Assembly (NCBI GenBank): GCA_964016885.1
Contig: OZ024742.1
Coordinates: 178,622,001-178,686,000, forward strand
Direction: 5' to 3'
DNA length: 64,000 nt
Source of the DNA: Eledone cirrhosa
Lineage: Eukaryota
The notes under the pieces are model-generated. The model was not told the DNA's origin. It ran no database searches and worked only from the letters and a program-made list of their open reading frames with translations. Made by a program: the position numbers and the translations under genes. Shown in pieces: positions 13,798 through 28,246 of the stretch. Positions within the stretch are counted from its first letter, which is position 1, and every line of letters begins with the position of its first letter.

Positions 13798-16700
13798 CTA
13801 CAGGCTGATATAGAGAGAAGGCCCATTCACTCGGGCCATTCTCGCCACTTTCACCCACCTTTCATAAAACTTGCTGGGGTACAGCACCTCGCTCTCCATC
13901 CTGATTCTTCTTCCAAAGTGGTATTTGAAAAAAAGAATCAGTTGTTGGCCGGAGAGAAAGGTATCTGACCTCAGCCTTTTCAACCTTGTCCACCATACAA
14001 CCTCTTTCGCCATAGCTATCACACAAAGGATACCGCCTCTCCTTCGTTTTTGAAGGAGGGTGGTGGTTTGATCATGACAATGGACTCGGTGCTCAACCGG
14101 ATTGGTCCCACCCGCGACAATAGTCGTTCTACATAGCCCCACAGGTCGGTGACGCCCGGGTAGTGTATGAATGCGTGCGCGACGTTTTCTTCGTCTCGCA
14201 CGCACCTCGAACAGATCTTTTTTGCAGGGTCCCTGCCCGAGCGCCCATGTCTGTAGAGCTTGTCTCGAACTGGTAGAGCTCATCGGTAGCACTGCCAGGC
14301 CAGGGACTTTTGGAAGTTGTCCATCGGTCCCGGGCGGAAGGTCCTACCGAACAGACTGGTCAGTTCGTCTTCCTCTACGCCTAGAGTTTCACCGAGCGCG
14401 TCGTCGCACTTGATGCGGATCAACCCTCTATAGAATGACGAAGTGGAGTCTCCACTGATCGCCGGGTCCGCCTGCCAGAGGGCTGTGATCGCCTGAGCAC
14501 ATTCGATGTGCCAGTCGCCCATTTTCCTCGGTCTTTGCTTGACCCAGGACTGCAGCTCGGTCAGCGAGACGAGTTGTGGGAAGGCTCGCCTCACGAACGG
14601 GGCCCACACCTGTTGTCCGGTGAGGAATACGTAGAGATGCCGCAGACTGAGCGCGTGTTTGCGCATCGTCAGCCACGGCATCCCCAGAGTTCCGTTGGAA
14701 GTTGGAAGGGTGTTGGCAGCAGATGGATCTTCTCACCAAAGGAGCCCGCCTCCTCCAAAGGAATTGGAAGATCGCGCGCTCCATTTTGGTGAGCGTTTTG
14801 GCTGGACAAGGCACGACGGTCAAGCGGTAGTAGATGGTGGATGCTATAAAAGTGTTCGCCACCTCTGCTCGATCTTTCAAGGGTAGTTTGCACTCGGCCC
14901 ACTTCTAGGTGAGTGCTAACACCTTGGCCGTCACCTCGTTCCAGTTCTTCTCCACCTGGAGGTCCGTACCAAACCAGACCCCGAGCAGCTTTACCGGTCC
15001 TTCCGTCCAGCGTCCGACGACGCCATCAGAAGGCATAGGTTTGCCTCTCCACGATCTGAGTTGCAAACCGATGGACTTGTCCCGGTTCAGCTTCGCACCT
15101 GTGAACCTTTCGTATTCCTTCAGTAAGATGCCGACTTCCTCGATTTGCGAGGCGCTCGTCACCATTACTGTTACGTCGTCAGCGTAGGCCGACGCCGCTT
15201 TCCGCAGTCCCGGCTCCAGAGGGATGCCCTGCAATAGCTCCAACTTCCGCAGTAGTGGCTCGAGAGTCAGTACGTACAGAAGGGAGGAGAGAGGGCTTCC
15301 CTGTCGAATGGATCGCGTGATATGGAACGGCTCCGAGAGGTAGCCGTTCACCTTGAACCTTGAGCAGATGTTGCTGTTGTGCATTGCAGCAATCCAGCCC
15401 CTAAACACGGGTCCGAAACCTGCCGCCTCGAGCACCGCAGCCAGGTAACGATGGTCAACCCTATCGAAAGCCTTAGACTGATCCAAGTTGATCAGGGCCC
15501 CACCGAAGCCACGTTTACACCCTACCCTCTCTATGATGTATCGCATGAGGTGGAGGTTGTCGTGTATGGACCTGGTCGGTATGCGCATGTCTGCGCTTCT
15601 CCCACCAATTATCGACGACAAGCGCCAGCTTCTTTGCCAACACCTTGGCCAAAATCTGTAACTCTGTGTTTAGCAGATTTATGGGCCGGAAGTTGCCTAT
15701 GTCATCCCCCTTATTCTCGTCCTTCCTGACTAGTGTGACTACGCCCCCGGTCACAGAACTGGGAATTTTCCCGTTCTGTTGCCAGTTGCAGTAGACAGCT
15801 TCCAAGAGACCGGAGAATAAGTCCGGCATTGCTACGTAAAATTCGTAGGATAGACCGTCGAGACCTGGGGATTTGCGTTTGCCGCATTGGCTCAGCGCGT
15901 CCCCTATTACAGCGGCTGAAATCGGCTTTTCGTAGAACTTTGCCTCACTGTCCGAGAGTCGTGGTAGGCCGTCGAGGTATGGACCGAAATCCATAGCCCC
16001 TCCCGGCGCGCCACCCTGTGCGAACAGTTGAGCAAAGTGCCGCTGAAAGGCTGCACACATCTGCTTCGGCTCACGTATCATGCGTCCGTCTTGGTCCTTC
16101 AAAGACCGAATCGTGGACTTGTTGCCACTTTTTGCCTCCGTCACTCGGGTCCAGCTAACAGCTTTGGCTCCATCGTTTCCCAGAAAACGTATTTTGCTTC
16201 TGACAACGCAGCCCTCGTGCTTTGCGTCGAAGAACTGGTCCAAGGCCGTTCTCGTTGCTAGCACGCTGGCTACGTTGCCACTTCTAATTGCCTCTTCTAC
16301 TTTATCTACCAGTTCCTTCTCGGCTCTATTTCTATCTAACGCTAATTCTTTAATAAAAACTAACGAGTCTAATCTAACTGCCCTGTTGAGAGAATACCAC
16401 CATCTGTTGTTGACAATGGCCCCTGTCAAGTGCTGTTTAACTAAAGTGCTAATCCGTCTACTGTAGGCTTTGCATGTCGGTAACGACAAGTTCAGCTTCC
16501 AGTAGCCGGGTCCTTGTCTATGGGTTCTATCAAGGTTGACCATGCAGGTCACTAGTTTGTGATCTGAATAGGCAACCATGAACATTTGTGGACAGCTTAA
16601 CATGTCCCTATCCTTATTTCTAACTAGAACCCTATCTAGGTACGATCTAGGTGTTCCGCTACGATTAGTCCACGTCCACAGTGGCACAGTCGGAAAATCT

Positions 16701-17189
16701 AGTCGATATCTATCGGCCAGGTCAAATCGGCCGATTAACTGTTTGAGGCTGTTACACCCCCTTTATCGGGACATGCTCCCACATACTCCCAACGTGCATC
16801 TATGATTCCATTCCAGTCCCCCACTAGAAGCAAGGAGCGGGACGTTCCCAGAAAAGTCTCTAGACGTTTGAAGAAGTCTGGCCGCGGTGTACCGTCAACG
16901 TCTAGGACCACCAGTCGACCCTCCGGGTCCAGATGTACCGTCTGTGTTACGAGGCCCAGGTGTTTCCGCAGCAAAACGGCAACCTCGCCCCCACCCCCCG
17001 GCTGACAGAGAGATGCGTAGATCTCAAAGTCGTCGAAGATGGGGGCCAGTTGTCGCTCGCTGTCGATCCTGGACTCGCAAATGGCTACCACATCCATACT
17101 GTGCGACGTGAGGTCGTTTAAGAGTTTGCCCTGACCCAGGCCATCCCCAGGCCGCGTACATTCACACATCCAACTCTTATATTGGCCAT
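13798..17189 (-). pseudogene. Tx1 ORF2 (APE-RT), frameshifted
   Basis: Starts MANIRVGCVNVRGLG at 17189; fragments 16735-17229, 15515-16687, 14905-15621, 14428-14880, 14280-14681 and 13798-14292 lie in different frames. Confidence 0.9.
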
Positions 17190-17229
17190 GTTGGATCTGA
17201 AAAGTTAAAAGAAGAGGAGAAGAAAACAC

Positions 17230-18882
17230 TCACCTTTTCGTCTCCCGGGGATCAGGCCGCACGGTTTCCATGGCGGTGTTAGAGGGATTGTCTGGGTGGG
17301 TGGTGGTTTCCGGCAGGGTGGGGACGGAGATGTTTGGTGGGGTGGGGGTGTCTGGGGTGGGGGTGTCTGGAGTGAGGGTGGGGAAACCTTTTAAAAGGAC
17401 GCGGTTAATGAGTTTAACACAAGGATTACCCACGTCCTTAGGAAAGTTTTCCTTTAAAGACTTATAGGTGTCCGTAGGGACCCTAATCATCTTTAAATTA
17501 GGTTTGTCTACACAGTTCGAAAAAAGATTTCCCTTCAGTTTTTACCGAAGGGTCGTTGGAGATGACCTCTATTAATGTTTTGTTTTTACTGTTTATGTAT
17601 GTCTAATGATCTTGTTGTGTTGCGGTGGTTTTTGTCTGTTGTTCTTGTGTGAGCTTTCGTTTTGTTGTAGGTGTTTGTGTTTGGAGTGATGTCGTGGGTT
17701 TGCTTTCAGGACGGGGGTTTTTTATTTGTAATGTTTGTGTTGTTTGTGTTGGTGGTTGTATGTTTGTAGTGACGTTTGTTGTTTTTTTTGTTCTTGTGGA
17801 GTCTTTTCTTCTTTATTTTCGAACGGAGAGGCTCTCCCTCCTCGTCCCTTGGTGATGATGTGGGGGCCTCGTCCGTTGTGGTGTCTGTGTTATTTGGAAG
17901 GGGTATGTTTTGGGGAGCTGTTGTGTTCGTGGGTGTTTTTGCAGTGGTTTTAGGTGGAGTGGGGTTGGGCGGGACTGTGCTTGCAGGTTGGTTTGTTGTT
18001 CTTGTTTTGGTTATGTTTGCGGGTTGTTGTTGTTGTGGTGGTGGTGGTGGTTGTGTTGTTGTTTTGGGTGTTGGCAGTAGTGCCTCTTTTTTTTGTAGTT
18101 AACTGAGGACAGAAAGCCTTCAGGTGACCACTGCTTAAACAGTGGTAACATGAAGGCCGCTTACCCTCAACAGAAAGGATTATGTGTGAAATTCCATCCA
18201 GAGGCACACGTTGGGGTATTTTAGCTATCCATTCTGGCCTCATTTGGACCAGAAATTCCATGCTTGTACCATTGAATGTGCCTCTGGAGGACTTTCCCAC
18301 CGAAATGATAGTGTCTTCGTCGAAATCGATGAAGCCAGTTAAAATCCACTAGACGTTTACATTTGGTGCAATGTTCGAAATTTTTATTTTTTGTGTTCTT
18401 TTTCTCATATATGTGGGGAAAAAGGTGTACAGGGGGGACACAATCGGCGATACAGAATATTTTTGTGCTGTCAATTGGTCTTTCAACAACACTGAAATGC
18501 TTCCAAAAAGTTTCCCTTTTTGGATGAAGGCAATATCCTTCATGGAATTCTTCAGAACCAGTTCAATATCGTTTTGGGATAATTGAACTGGTTTTTTCGA
18601 CACATTTGAAACCGTCCTAAAAATTACTGTTTTTAGAACAGTTTCTCTGCGTAACTGTTGAGGAGAAGTGATGCTGAAAGCACCACTCTCACCAAAAGTT
18701 ACGTACTGTTTTGCATCGCTTAACATTTCCCTAGCATTGGAAATGTCAAGGTATGTGAACAGTTCCGTCTTTTGGACGGTTTGAGCAAAGGAAATCTTTT
18801 CCTTGTTCGTGGAGTTGTTCGTGTTGCTGTTGTTGTTGGTGGTGTTGTTATCATTGTTGCTGTTGTTGTTCTTGTTGTCATT

Positions 18883-18936
<54 letters not shown>

Positions 18937-19131
18937 CTGGTTGGTGTTGTTTATATTTTGCATGTTATTGGTGTTTGTGTTAGTGTTGATGTTACAATCA
19001 ACGTCCTACATCGTGTTTTCAAAACTGACGACATTTTCGATGTCTTTCAATGAGGTGGTGAGAAGAGGTGACTGCGAGCTTAACACTCTTACCGCCTCTC
19101 CACCACTTCTAGTTATGAACGCAGCGTTCAT
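17230..19131 (-). pseudogene. Tx1 ORF1 (poly-Asn, zinc knuckle), interrupted
   Basis: ATG 19131 is in frame with ORF 18349-18963; VEGKRPSCYHC knuckle in 17950-18300; C-terminus 17230-17490 is homologous to copy B. Confidence 0.8.
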
Positions 19132-19361
19132 GACTGAATGCAAGGTTTGTTTACAATTTTTTCACCGGCGAAATTTTTCCAAACGAAAATTTCACCCCAG
19201 GGAGGGGTGAAGATGACTTGACCCACCGTCTGAAAGTCCAGACGTGGGGTCAAGCTATAAAATAGTAATAAATTTAACAATAAATTTTTGATTTCTTACT
19301 TAGAAAATCAACAAAAACTTACCAGCGAACTGGCACACGTCTTAGTAAGACACAGAGATAA

Positions 19362-19392
<31 letters not shown>

Positions 19393-19535
19393 CATAGATA
19401 TATCTATCTATGTGTGTGTGTATGTGTATAATGGCTGACTGAACAGACACATGGTTTTTCTTTAACACTTTCTACCGTTTTTTCCTCTTCTCACACACCT
19501 CTATCTTTCTATTTATTCATTTATTCCTCATTCTA

Positions 19536-19571
19536 TCTTCTGGTGAATGACTAACGTCCGAAACACTAAGA
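19536..19571 (+). ncRNA. Decayed minimal hammerhead
   Basis: tctt-CTGGTGA-atgac taac gtcc-GAAA-cact-aaga; flank cctactatatcaagcgttaaac is shared with 51550-51572 and 50689-50720. Confidence 0.5.
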
Positions 19572-19672
19572 CTATTTTCCTACTATATCAAGCGTTAAAC
19601 TAATAAATTATCTTCATTGCAAAGTATCGTTTACTGTGTTGTTTTTCGATTACCTTTCACACACCTACATAC

Positions 19673-19711
<39 letters not shown>

Positions 19712-19737
19712 TATATATATATAAATTATGACATGAG

Positions 19738-20040
19738 TATGCGCTCGTCTGATAGCACAGATATTTGAGACTTCTTTGGACTGTATATACTAGGAAAGCG
19801 TTCAGGAGCACCTTCAAAAAATTCGCCTAATGTTAGAACAACAAACTTTAATACAGTAAACGGGAACCTAAACACAAATATAAACTGTACAGTATCCCCA
19901 AACGAGAAACCCATATTAATACTAAAACTTCCCATCTTCTCATATATTTATTAAAGTCTAAATAACTTAAGTAGAAACATTGCTAGCCTATCTTCAAGTA
20001 AGTAAACCTTCAATGAAGCAGCCACGAATTGCAATGTACG
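19738..20040 (+). pseudogene. Degenerate PLE reverse transcriptase fragment
   Basis: MRSSDSTDI*DFFGLYILG resembles MGS.DGAE.CDLVGLYIL; PNEKP..INTKTSH...NNLSRNIASLSSSK*TFNEAA parallels the PLE fragment at 59-373. Confidence 0.55.
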
Positions 20041-20063
20041 AGCTATCAGTGGATTGTTTACAA

Positions 20064-20397
20064 TAGGCGTGTGCAACATATACCATTGGGGGGGGGGGCA
20101 CTTTTGAACATTGGAACAACTATTAGGGCCATTGATATTTATTAAGCACTATTCCAAAGATTCACTACAAATTCTTTCCATAACATAGAACTGGGAAATT
20201 ATAACACATATAACGCTATCAGTGAAACCATTTAGTATGGGTCAACTAACAGAAAATTGTTTTACGGTTACAAAAAAAAAAAAAGAAAAATTCTAAATAA
20301 GCCTGAAAGGTAAAAATTAAAAACGGTCATCGCGGGCCACTCTGGAGGGTCTGGCGGGCCGGATTGTGGACCGCGGGCCGTCTGTTGCACGCCCCTG
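20064..20397. mobile_element. hAT-type MITE
   Basis: TIRs taggcgtgtgcaac and gttgcacgcccctg; 8-bp TSD gtttacaa/gtttacac; gcgggcc subterminal repeats. Confidence 0.8.
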
Positions 20398-21174
20398 GTT
20401 TACACCAACCCGTTTCCTTAAACGTCACGTCCAGCCTCGCCAAAAAGTATATTTTCTAACTCAGTACTTCAGTAGGACACTCTTCAAAAGAAACTGCTAT
20501 CGCTGTCCACCAAACACGACAAATGTTATTGCATACATGTCAACAAATTCATCTGAGGCAAGTTGTACATGCCAATAGTGTAATGTCGAATATATTACGT
20601 AGGAAACTAGTGTCACCTCTTTCAAAACAAACCAATTGATAGATTGTAAACATATATATGAAATAGCAGAAAATACATTAAAATAATGCTGCTTCGTCAT
20701 TTAGAAAAGAAGAATAACGTGAGTTTATGGCGTTTTGAGGTTGATTATTTAATAAATGATCCTCCATCCAAGCAGACCGTAGAGAAACAGAATCAGAAGA
20801 TGCAACCATTGCCCAGATGAAAATATCAAATTTTGAAATAAAAAACAAAAAACAAAAAAATATTAATTCCAGAGATTACCTAAACACTAGATCCGAAGTT
20901 TTCCAAATATGACGTCATTTCGCTAAGTAGCTACTTAAATTCTGGAAACAATAGACCCATGTCATTTATTTATATATTTATTAATTAATTATACTTGGGG
21001 AGGGTCATATTGTTGTAATAATATTGCCAGAAATAATAACAGAATACATTCACTGTTTAGTTGGTTTTCGTTTCTGTATCTTTTATATCTCCATAGTTAA
21101 TTTATTTGGCAATCAACGCTTATCATTGATTGACTAGCAGTTAAAAATACAGATATAAATATATATACACAGTC

Positions 21175-21218
21175 TATCAAAGTTCTTTCATTGCACATCT
21201 GCAACGTCATCAGTGGTA
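21175..21218 (-). ncRNA. Minimal type I hammerhead
   Basis: Minus: tacca-CTGATGA-cgttgca gatg tgcaat-GAAA-gaac-TT-tgata; related to 51589-51631. Confidence 0.7.
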
Positions 21219-21905
21219 CTATTATGTTTCCTCATGTTGTATTGTATGTCTACGCCATTTTTATTTTATTTTTTTATTTATTTCTTCTTGTCACCGTCTC
21301 TGCGCATGCGTTTGCGTGTGTGTATAATGGTTGGTGTTTGTGTTCGCGTTTGAGTGTGTGTTTTTGTTTTTATATTCTATCTTTGTTTACTAGTGTGTGT
21401 TTATATGTGTTTGTTGTTATTGTACTTGTGTATTTATTTATTTATTTATTTATTTATTTATATTTCCCTTAAGTCAGTATTGTTGGTTTGGGTATGGTTG
21501 TTGTTGTTATTCCATTCATTTTTTTCTGTAAACGTTGATATTCACACACAGAATTGTTACAATGATAATGATAATAGTGTTAGAAAATCGGGTAAAATAC
21601 CTCTAGAGAGAGAAAACAAGTGACCACTAGCCCTAGCGTGTCAGAGTGACAGTAGCTTTGGAGGGCTTTCTTTCCGAGTGACCCTCAGAGGTATTCCCTA
21701 TATTGGGGAATATATTTTGTTTGATTTTGTTAAATGTTTATTTCTTTAGTTTTTGAGAGAAAAATGCAGGGAGAGAGAGACAGTGTGGGAAAGACAGATA
21801 GATATCACCATAGTAACTAACTTCACAGGAAGTGACACTTTCCCGCCGATACTCCCAGTTTGTTGCCAACCGTTGTTGCCAGTTTGCGTGTTCGTTACTC
21901 TAGAC

Positions 21906-22164
21906 CAGTCACGGGCAACCTGCGGCTCGTCTAAGTCACCTAAGTGAAATCTTTCTGATTTTTTTACCCCAACTTTTTAGTCGTAATTTATCTTTCTATC
22001 ATTTTTACGATCGAGGAAAACAACGTGTACGAATTCTGAAGAAACAAATCAAAACAACCTCAGTTACCACCCCTTATTTTTAATGTGGGCACGAATGTAA
22101 ATTAGCGCCTGATGACGAGCCATATCCCATGCGGCCTGCTTCTCGAAAATGTTGCCCATGCCTG
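21906..22164. mobile_element. hAT-type MITE
   Basis: TIRs cagtcacgggcaac and gttgcccatgcctg; 8-bp TSD ctctagac/ctttagac. Confidence 0.8.
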
Positions 22165-22724
22165 CTTTAGACACGATTCGTCACCTGAGATGTTTTATGT
22201 TTGGAAAAATTGTTCGGGAACAGATTTGTTCGTTCTTCTTAGTGGGAGAAACAATTTCTAATGTATTCTTAAATATAAAACATAGATAAAGGACGGACTG
22301 CTTGGAATATATGTGACGAGAGAGAGCTCCGTAATCAACAACACCGGTAGTCCAATTGTAATCTATATTTAATGTGCGTGTATGTGTGTGAGTAAGTGTG
22401 TGTATGTGAGTGTGTGTGTGCTTGCGTGAGTGTTTTGTGTGTACATTATATCTATTAAACTGATATATACAGAGTGTCCCCAAAAATGAATACACACTTT
22501 GATTAGAATGCCGTTGAAGTGTGTATACAGATCTTGGGGACACACTCTTTACATATACATGAAGGTATATTTATACACAAACACACATACACACGCCCAC
22601 ATACATATATATATATATATATAGATATATACACACACGCACGCATATACACATACAAACACATACACACACATATATAAATACACACATATATATATAT
22701 AAATACACACATACACACACACAT

Positions 22725-22762
<38 letters not shown>

Positions 22763-22986
22763 GCCCGAGTGTATGTGAGTGTATCGTTGGTTTGATGACC
22801 CCCGGAATAGCTGAATGGCAATATAATGTATCAGCCACGGTGTTGTGAATATTAGAACTTGATGTATTGATGTTAGAGATAAAATTCACTTAGGACACCT
22901 TCTGCCTCTCCTTTCATCTGATAACGGCTTTATACCTAGAACTGTATGATTGTGTATATATGTATGTATGTATATATGTATGTATG

Positions 22987-23020
<34 letters not shown>

Positions 23021-23109
23021 TGTATGTATGTATGTATGTATGTATGTATGTATATTTTTGTGTATTTATATATAGATTTACACACACACGTGCACACGCA
23101 CACACGCAC

Positions 23110-23151
<42 letters not shown>

Positions 23152-23164
23152 GTGTGTGTGTGTT

Positions 23165-23219
<55 letters not shown>

Positions 23220-23294
23220 AGACATATCGTAAGAAAAATACATAGAAATAGACAGACAGAATGTGTGATATACATATATATTTATCTATGTTAA

Positions 23295-23371
<77 letters not shown>

Positions 23372-23573
23372 GCTCTATTGATTTTTCCCTGGATTTCACT
23401 AAATTCTGTTGGATGAATCTATATCCTGATTCTTTTTGAATTGAGTTTGAATTATTTTTCCCACATTATTTTCCCCATTTTGACGCTATAGTCACCTATA
23501 TATTATGAAATACTGTGTGCTTCTTGTTCATAATAATTTCTATACTTTTCATTTATACATATATATATATATA

Positions 23574-23655
23574 TATCAAAATGAAAATCCGAAGGCAAGG
23601 TAAAATTCCAATCATGATTGGAATTTTACCTTGCCTTCGGATTTTCATTTTGATA
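23574..23655. repeat. Perfect 82-bp palindrome with no loop
   Basis: tatcaaaatgaaaatccgaaggcaaggtaaaattccaatca|tgattggaattttaccttgccttcggattttcattttgata; left end merges with (TA)n. Confidence 0.95.
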
Positions 23656-23785
23656 CTTATACTCCGTTTTACATCATCTAGCTGTTCCCTTGAATGGAAT
23701 TGGAGATATACAAAAGCGTGGAGAACTTAATATTGCTAACATAAATTTATTGGACCATCTTACACAACCAATAATGCACCTTACT

Positions 23786-24631
<846 letters not shown>

Positions 24632-24987
24632 ATTGTTTAAGCGTCAGTCATACAAAAGTGAGTTACAAACGAAACGAAATTTAATTTCGTTTCGTTATTT
24701 GTTTTTATATATATATATATATATATATATAAATACCTGTCTGTGTATGTGCGTGCGCGAGTATGTGTGTGTTTGTGTGTGTATATGCATTGATATATTT
24801 CTCTATGGACCTGCTATGGAAGGTTGTGCAGGAGTATGGGATTGATGGTCAGCTTCTTGTTACCCTAATGTCTCTATACGAATGCCTGAGTATTTGTGTT
24901 TGGATAAATGGTGCTAAATCGAAACCATTCAATATGATAGTCGGACTGCGCCAAGGGTGCGTACAGTCATATTTCCTGTTGATGAAG

Positions 24988-25157
24988 GGGGTGGATTGGC
25001 AGTATCGGTAGAGGATCGGATGCCATGCTTTGAATCATAGAGTTACCTCCCTGTATGATCTGAGTTCAAATCCCGCCGAGGTTAACTTTGCCTTACATCC
25101 TTACGGGGTCGATAAAATAAAGTACCAGTAATGCACTGGGTAATTGCTGGCCTTGTG
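24988..25157 (+). mobile_element. SINE inserted into the RTE
   Basis: Full SINE consensus from gtggattggcagtatcgg to aagtagaaacaatt. Confidence 0.9.
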
Positions 25158-25691
25158 CCAAAAGTAGAAACAATTATTTTCATGAACAGGATTGACATAC
25201 GCAGCCGGGTTGTAAGTGGTATCACGACTGGCGGGTGTAAAACCAGTTGGCTGGTATTTTCAGACTACATGGTGTGACTTAACTCGAGAGAAAGGGATCT
25301 CCGACTTGCACTCGATAGGTTCAGTGCTGTCTGTTGCAGTGCCGTGAAAACTGTGACACTCATCCTCTCAAGGCAGCCGGCACCGTGCTCTCCACATGTG
25401 AATGAGGTTCCACTGAAGCAGGTGAAGAAGTTCAAGTATGTTTTTTACGCATGATGGAAGGCCGGAGGTTGAATTAAGTGCAAGAATTGTGGGAGCTGAT
25501 GCAGTAATGAGCCAGCCTCAGCATTTGGTAATCAGAAGGGAAGTTGGTGTAAAAGCCAAACTCGCTATCTCCAATTCGGTATTCGTGCCAACACTTACCT
25601 ATGGTCATGAATCTTGCGTAATGACCGAAAGAATACGATCACCAATACGCGCGGTCGAAACAGGGTTCTTCTGAAGGGTCTTTGTAATAAC

Positions 25692-25791
25692 TGTTTCTAC
25701 CTTTTTGGCACAAGGCCAGCAATTACCCAGTGTATTACTGGTACTTTATTTTATCGACCCCATAAGGATGAAAGACAAAGTTAACCTCGAC
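25692..25791 (-). mobile_element. 5'-truncated SINE with 14-bp TSD
   Basis: TSD gtctttgtaataac at 25678-25691 and 25792-25805. Confidence 0.9.
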
Positions 25792-27519
25792 GTCTTTGTA
25801 ATAACGTTACTCGATAGAGTGCGGAGCTCGGAGATCAAATAGTCACTTCAGGTAGAGCCGCTACTTCTCTAAACTGAGAGATCACAGCTCCGATACTATG
25901 GTCATGTGGTTAGAATGCCTCAGGAAAGAATCGCCGGACAGATTTTACGCACAAAAACCAACCGGCAGGAAACCCAGGGGTAGACCCATCTATGAGCTTG
26001 GCTGGTCTTGCTTGTGGATCCAGCCTGATCAATTGGAGACGGTTGCTTCTGACAAGACCTGCTGGAAGGAGTGTTTTTGTGGACTCTTCTCCCCACGACC
26101 CTCTCCGGAAGAAGAAGAAGAAGAAGAAGAAGAAGAAGAAGAAGAAGAAGAAGAAGAAGAAGAAAAAAAAGAAGAAGAAGAAGAAGAAGAAGAAGAAGAC
26201 ATGATGAATGCTACTGTTTAGGCCAGACCGGATTGAACATATCTATGATCATAGGGTTTTAGTCATGATCAATCCGGCTTTTCCCCTTAAACATGGTCTA
26301 TCGTGCACCTTCTTCTGTTTGATTTTGGTTCGACTAAAATCGATGCTGATCTTGAGACCTAGATTTTCGTTTTTATTCATCAATATTTTAACGTGATGTA
26401 CATTGTTCAATACGTTCGTTTTAAAACAATAGAGCCAGGATATGAAACTCAAGAACTCAAAAGGTCTATTAAGTTCTTGAGGAGAGACACAGTGGGCCAA
26501 CTGTGAAATACTTTGGGGGAAGAGTCATGATATCCATTAGTTATAATGCTAATCTGAAATACAGCTGATAGGTTGCTATTTACCCCCACCCCCACCATTA
26601 AAATGATAGTAAATGAGATATTTGAATAAGTACAAAATGTAGATGAGGGGGGAATTTTCTGTTTCAAATTTTCCTTAATTTCATTTTTACTTTTGTTAAA
26701 TGTCGTTTTTTCCTCCATTTTATTGTATTTCATGGGTAAATTGCAATACTATAGATATTAAAAAGGACAAATTTAAGAAAATATTAGTCATGAAAGTTGT
26801 TCTTTAGAGGGCAATAGTAAAGTAGTTTGTGGGTCGTATGCTTTGGACATCTGCAATAGAGTATGTTTTAGCATATAGCTGATTTAGCTGTTATATATAC
26901 CAGGTCGAACAACTATGCACAAGCTCGATCATTAACTTGATGTTAACTTCTTTCTTTTGAGACAGTAGGATAACATTTCACGGAGATTTAACAACTCGTT
27001 TTAGCCCAGTCTAGCTTCCGGCTACAGCGTTGATGATATTCTTGTTGTTGCTGTTGTTATTGTTGCTGTTACTGTTGGGGAATTCATGATGTTACTCTTG
27101 CCTTCATCTTGGGTGTAATTTGAGGGAGATTTGTTTCTTTATCAGATCTAGCTCCCGGATAGAGGCTCCTTCATTGTTGCTAATGTTGTTACCGTTGTTG
27201 TTATTTTTGTTGTTACTGTTCCTGTTGTTGCGGTTGTTGTTGTTATTTTGCTGTTAATGCTGCTCCTGTTGTTGTCGTGGTTTTTCGACTTGAGGATGTA
27301 TAATATTGCTTTAATCTTTTATGCAATTTGAGGGATATCTGGCTACTATGTTGCTGATGTTTTTGTGAGATATTTGACGATACTGTTGCTACCATTTTGT
27401 CCCACCATCTTGGTTTTTCTGTTTTTGCTTCTGTTCCGATTGCTATGGTAACGTTTATACATTCCTTTTCAGATCCTTATTTTACATGACAACTTTACAC
27501 GTTAACCATACAAATAATT

Positions 27520-28246
27520 GACTCTAGTTTTAGCACAAGTTCAGAAATTTGAGAGAAGAGGAAAGTCGATTAAATCGATCGCTGTGACTTACTGGTACAT
27601 TATTTTATCGGCAGTGGATTGGCAGTATCGGTAGAGGGTCGGACGCCATGCTTTCCAGCATAGTTACGTCCCTTTACGATCTGAGTTCAAATCCCGCCGA
27701 GGTTGACTTTGCCTTTCATCCTTACGGGGTTGATAAAATAAAGTACCAGTAATGCACTGGGTAATTGCTGGCCTTGTGCCTAAAGTAGAAACAATTATTT
27801 TATAGACTCCGTAAGGATGAAAGGCAAAGCTAACCTCGGCGGGTTTTGAACGCAAAGGGACGTAACTACATGCTGCAAAGCATGTTGTCCAGCGCTCTAC
27901 TAATTCTGCCAATCCAAAATACTAACAATAATTTCTAATAAAGGCTGGGGCTGGAAATTTGAACTCAGAACGTAAAGAGTCGTAACTGTATACCACAAAG
28001 CATGTTGTCCGACGCTCTACCGATCCTGCCAATCTACGGTCTTCCAGCCATGCAAATAATTATTTCTTCTTTTGGCACAAGGCCAGCAATTACCCCAGTG
28101 CGTTACTGGTACTTTATTTTATCGACCCTCGTAAGGATGAAAGGCAAAGTTAACGTCGGCGGGATTTGAATTCAGAACGTAAAGGGCCATAACTCTATGC
28201 TGCAAAGCATGTTGTCCGACGCTCTACCAATACTGCCAATCCACCG
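27520..28246. mobile_element. Cluster of about 5 nested/tandem SINE copies in both orientations
   Basis: (-) about 27520-27610; (+) 27613-27800; (-) about 27795-27915, 27955-28040 and 28060-28246. Confidence 0.85.

Larger units (their letters stand above)
13558..19355 (-). mobile_element. Full-length decayed Tx1/L1-clade LINE (copy A)
   Basis: ORF1 with CYHC..SGHLKAFC knuckle; ORF2 with APE (VGDWN, SYLDR, SDH), RT (KSPGLDG, DQSKAFDRVDH, RQGSPLS, YADD) and C-terminal Zn motif; AATAAA then (TATC)n at the 3' end. Confidence 0.95.
24800..26200 (+). mobile_element. 5'-truncated RTE-clade LINE with (GAA)n tail
   Basis: LLWKVVQEYGI...GLRQGCV, LKQVKKFKY, SVFVPTLTYGHES, YYGHVVRM, PTGRKPRGRP. Confidence 0.85.

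Noticed and set aside
22109-22150. CTGATGA...GAAA inside the hAT MITE
   Set aside because: Stems I-III do not pair convincingly; overlaps the TIR.
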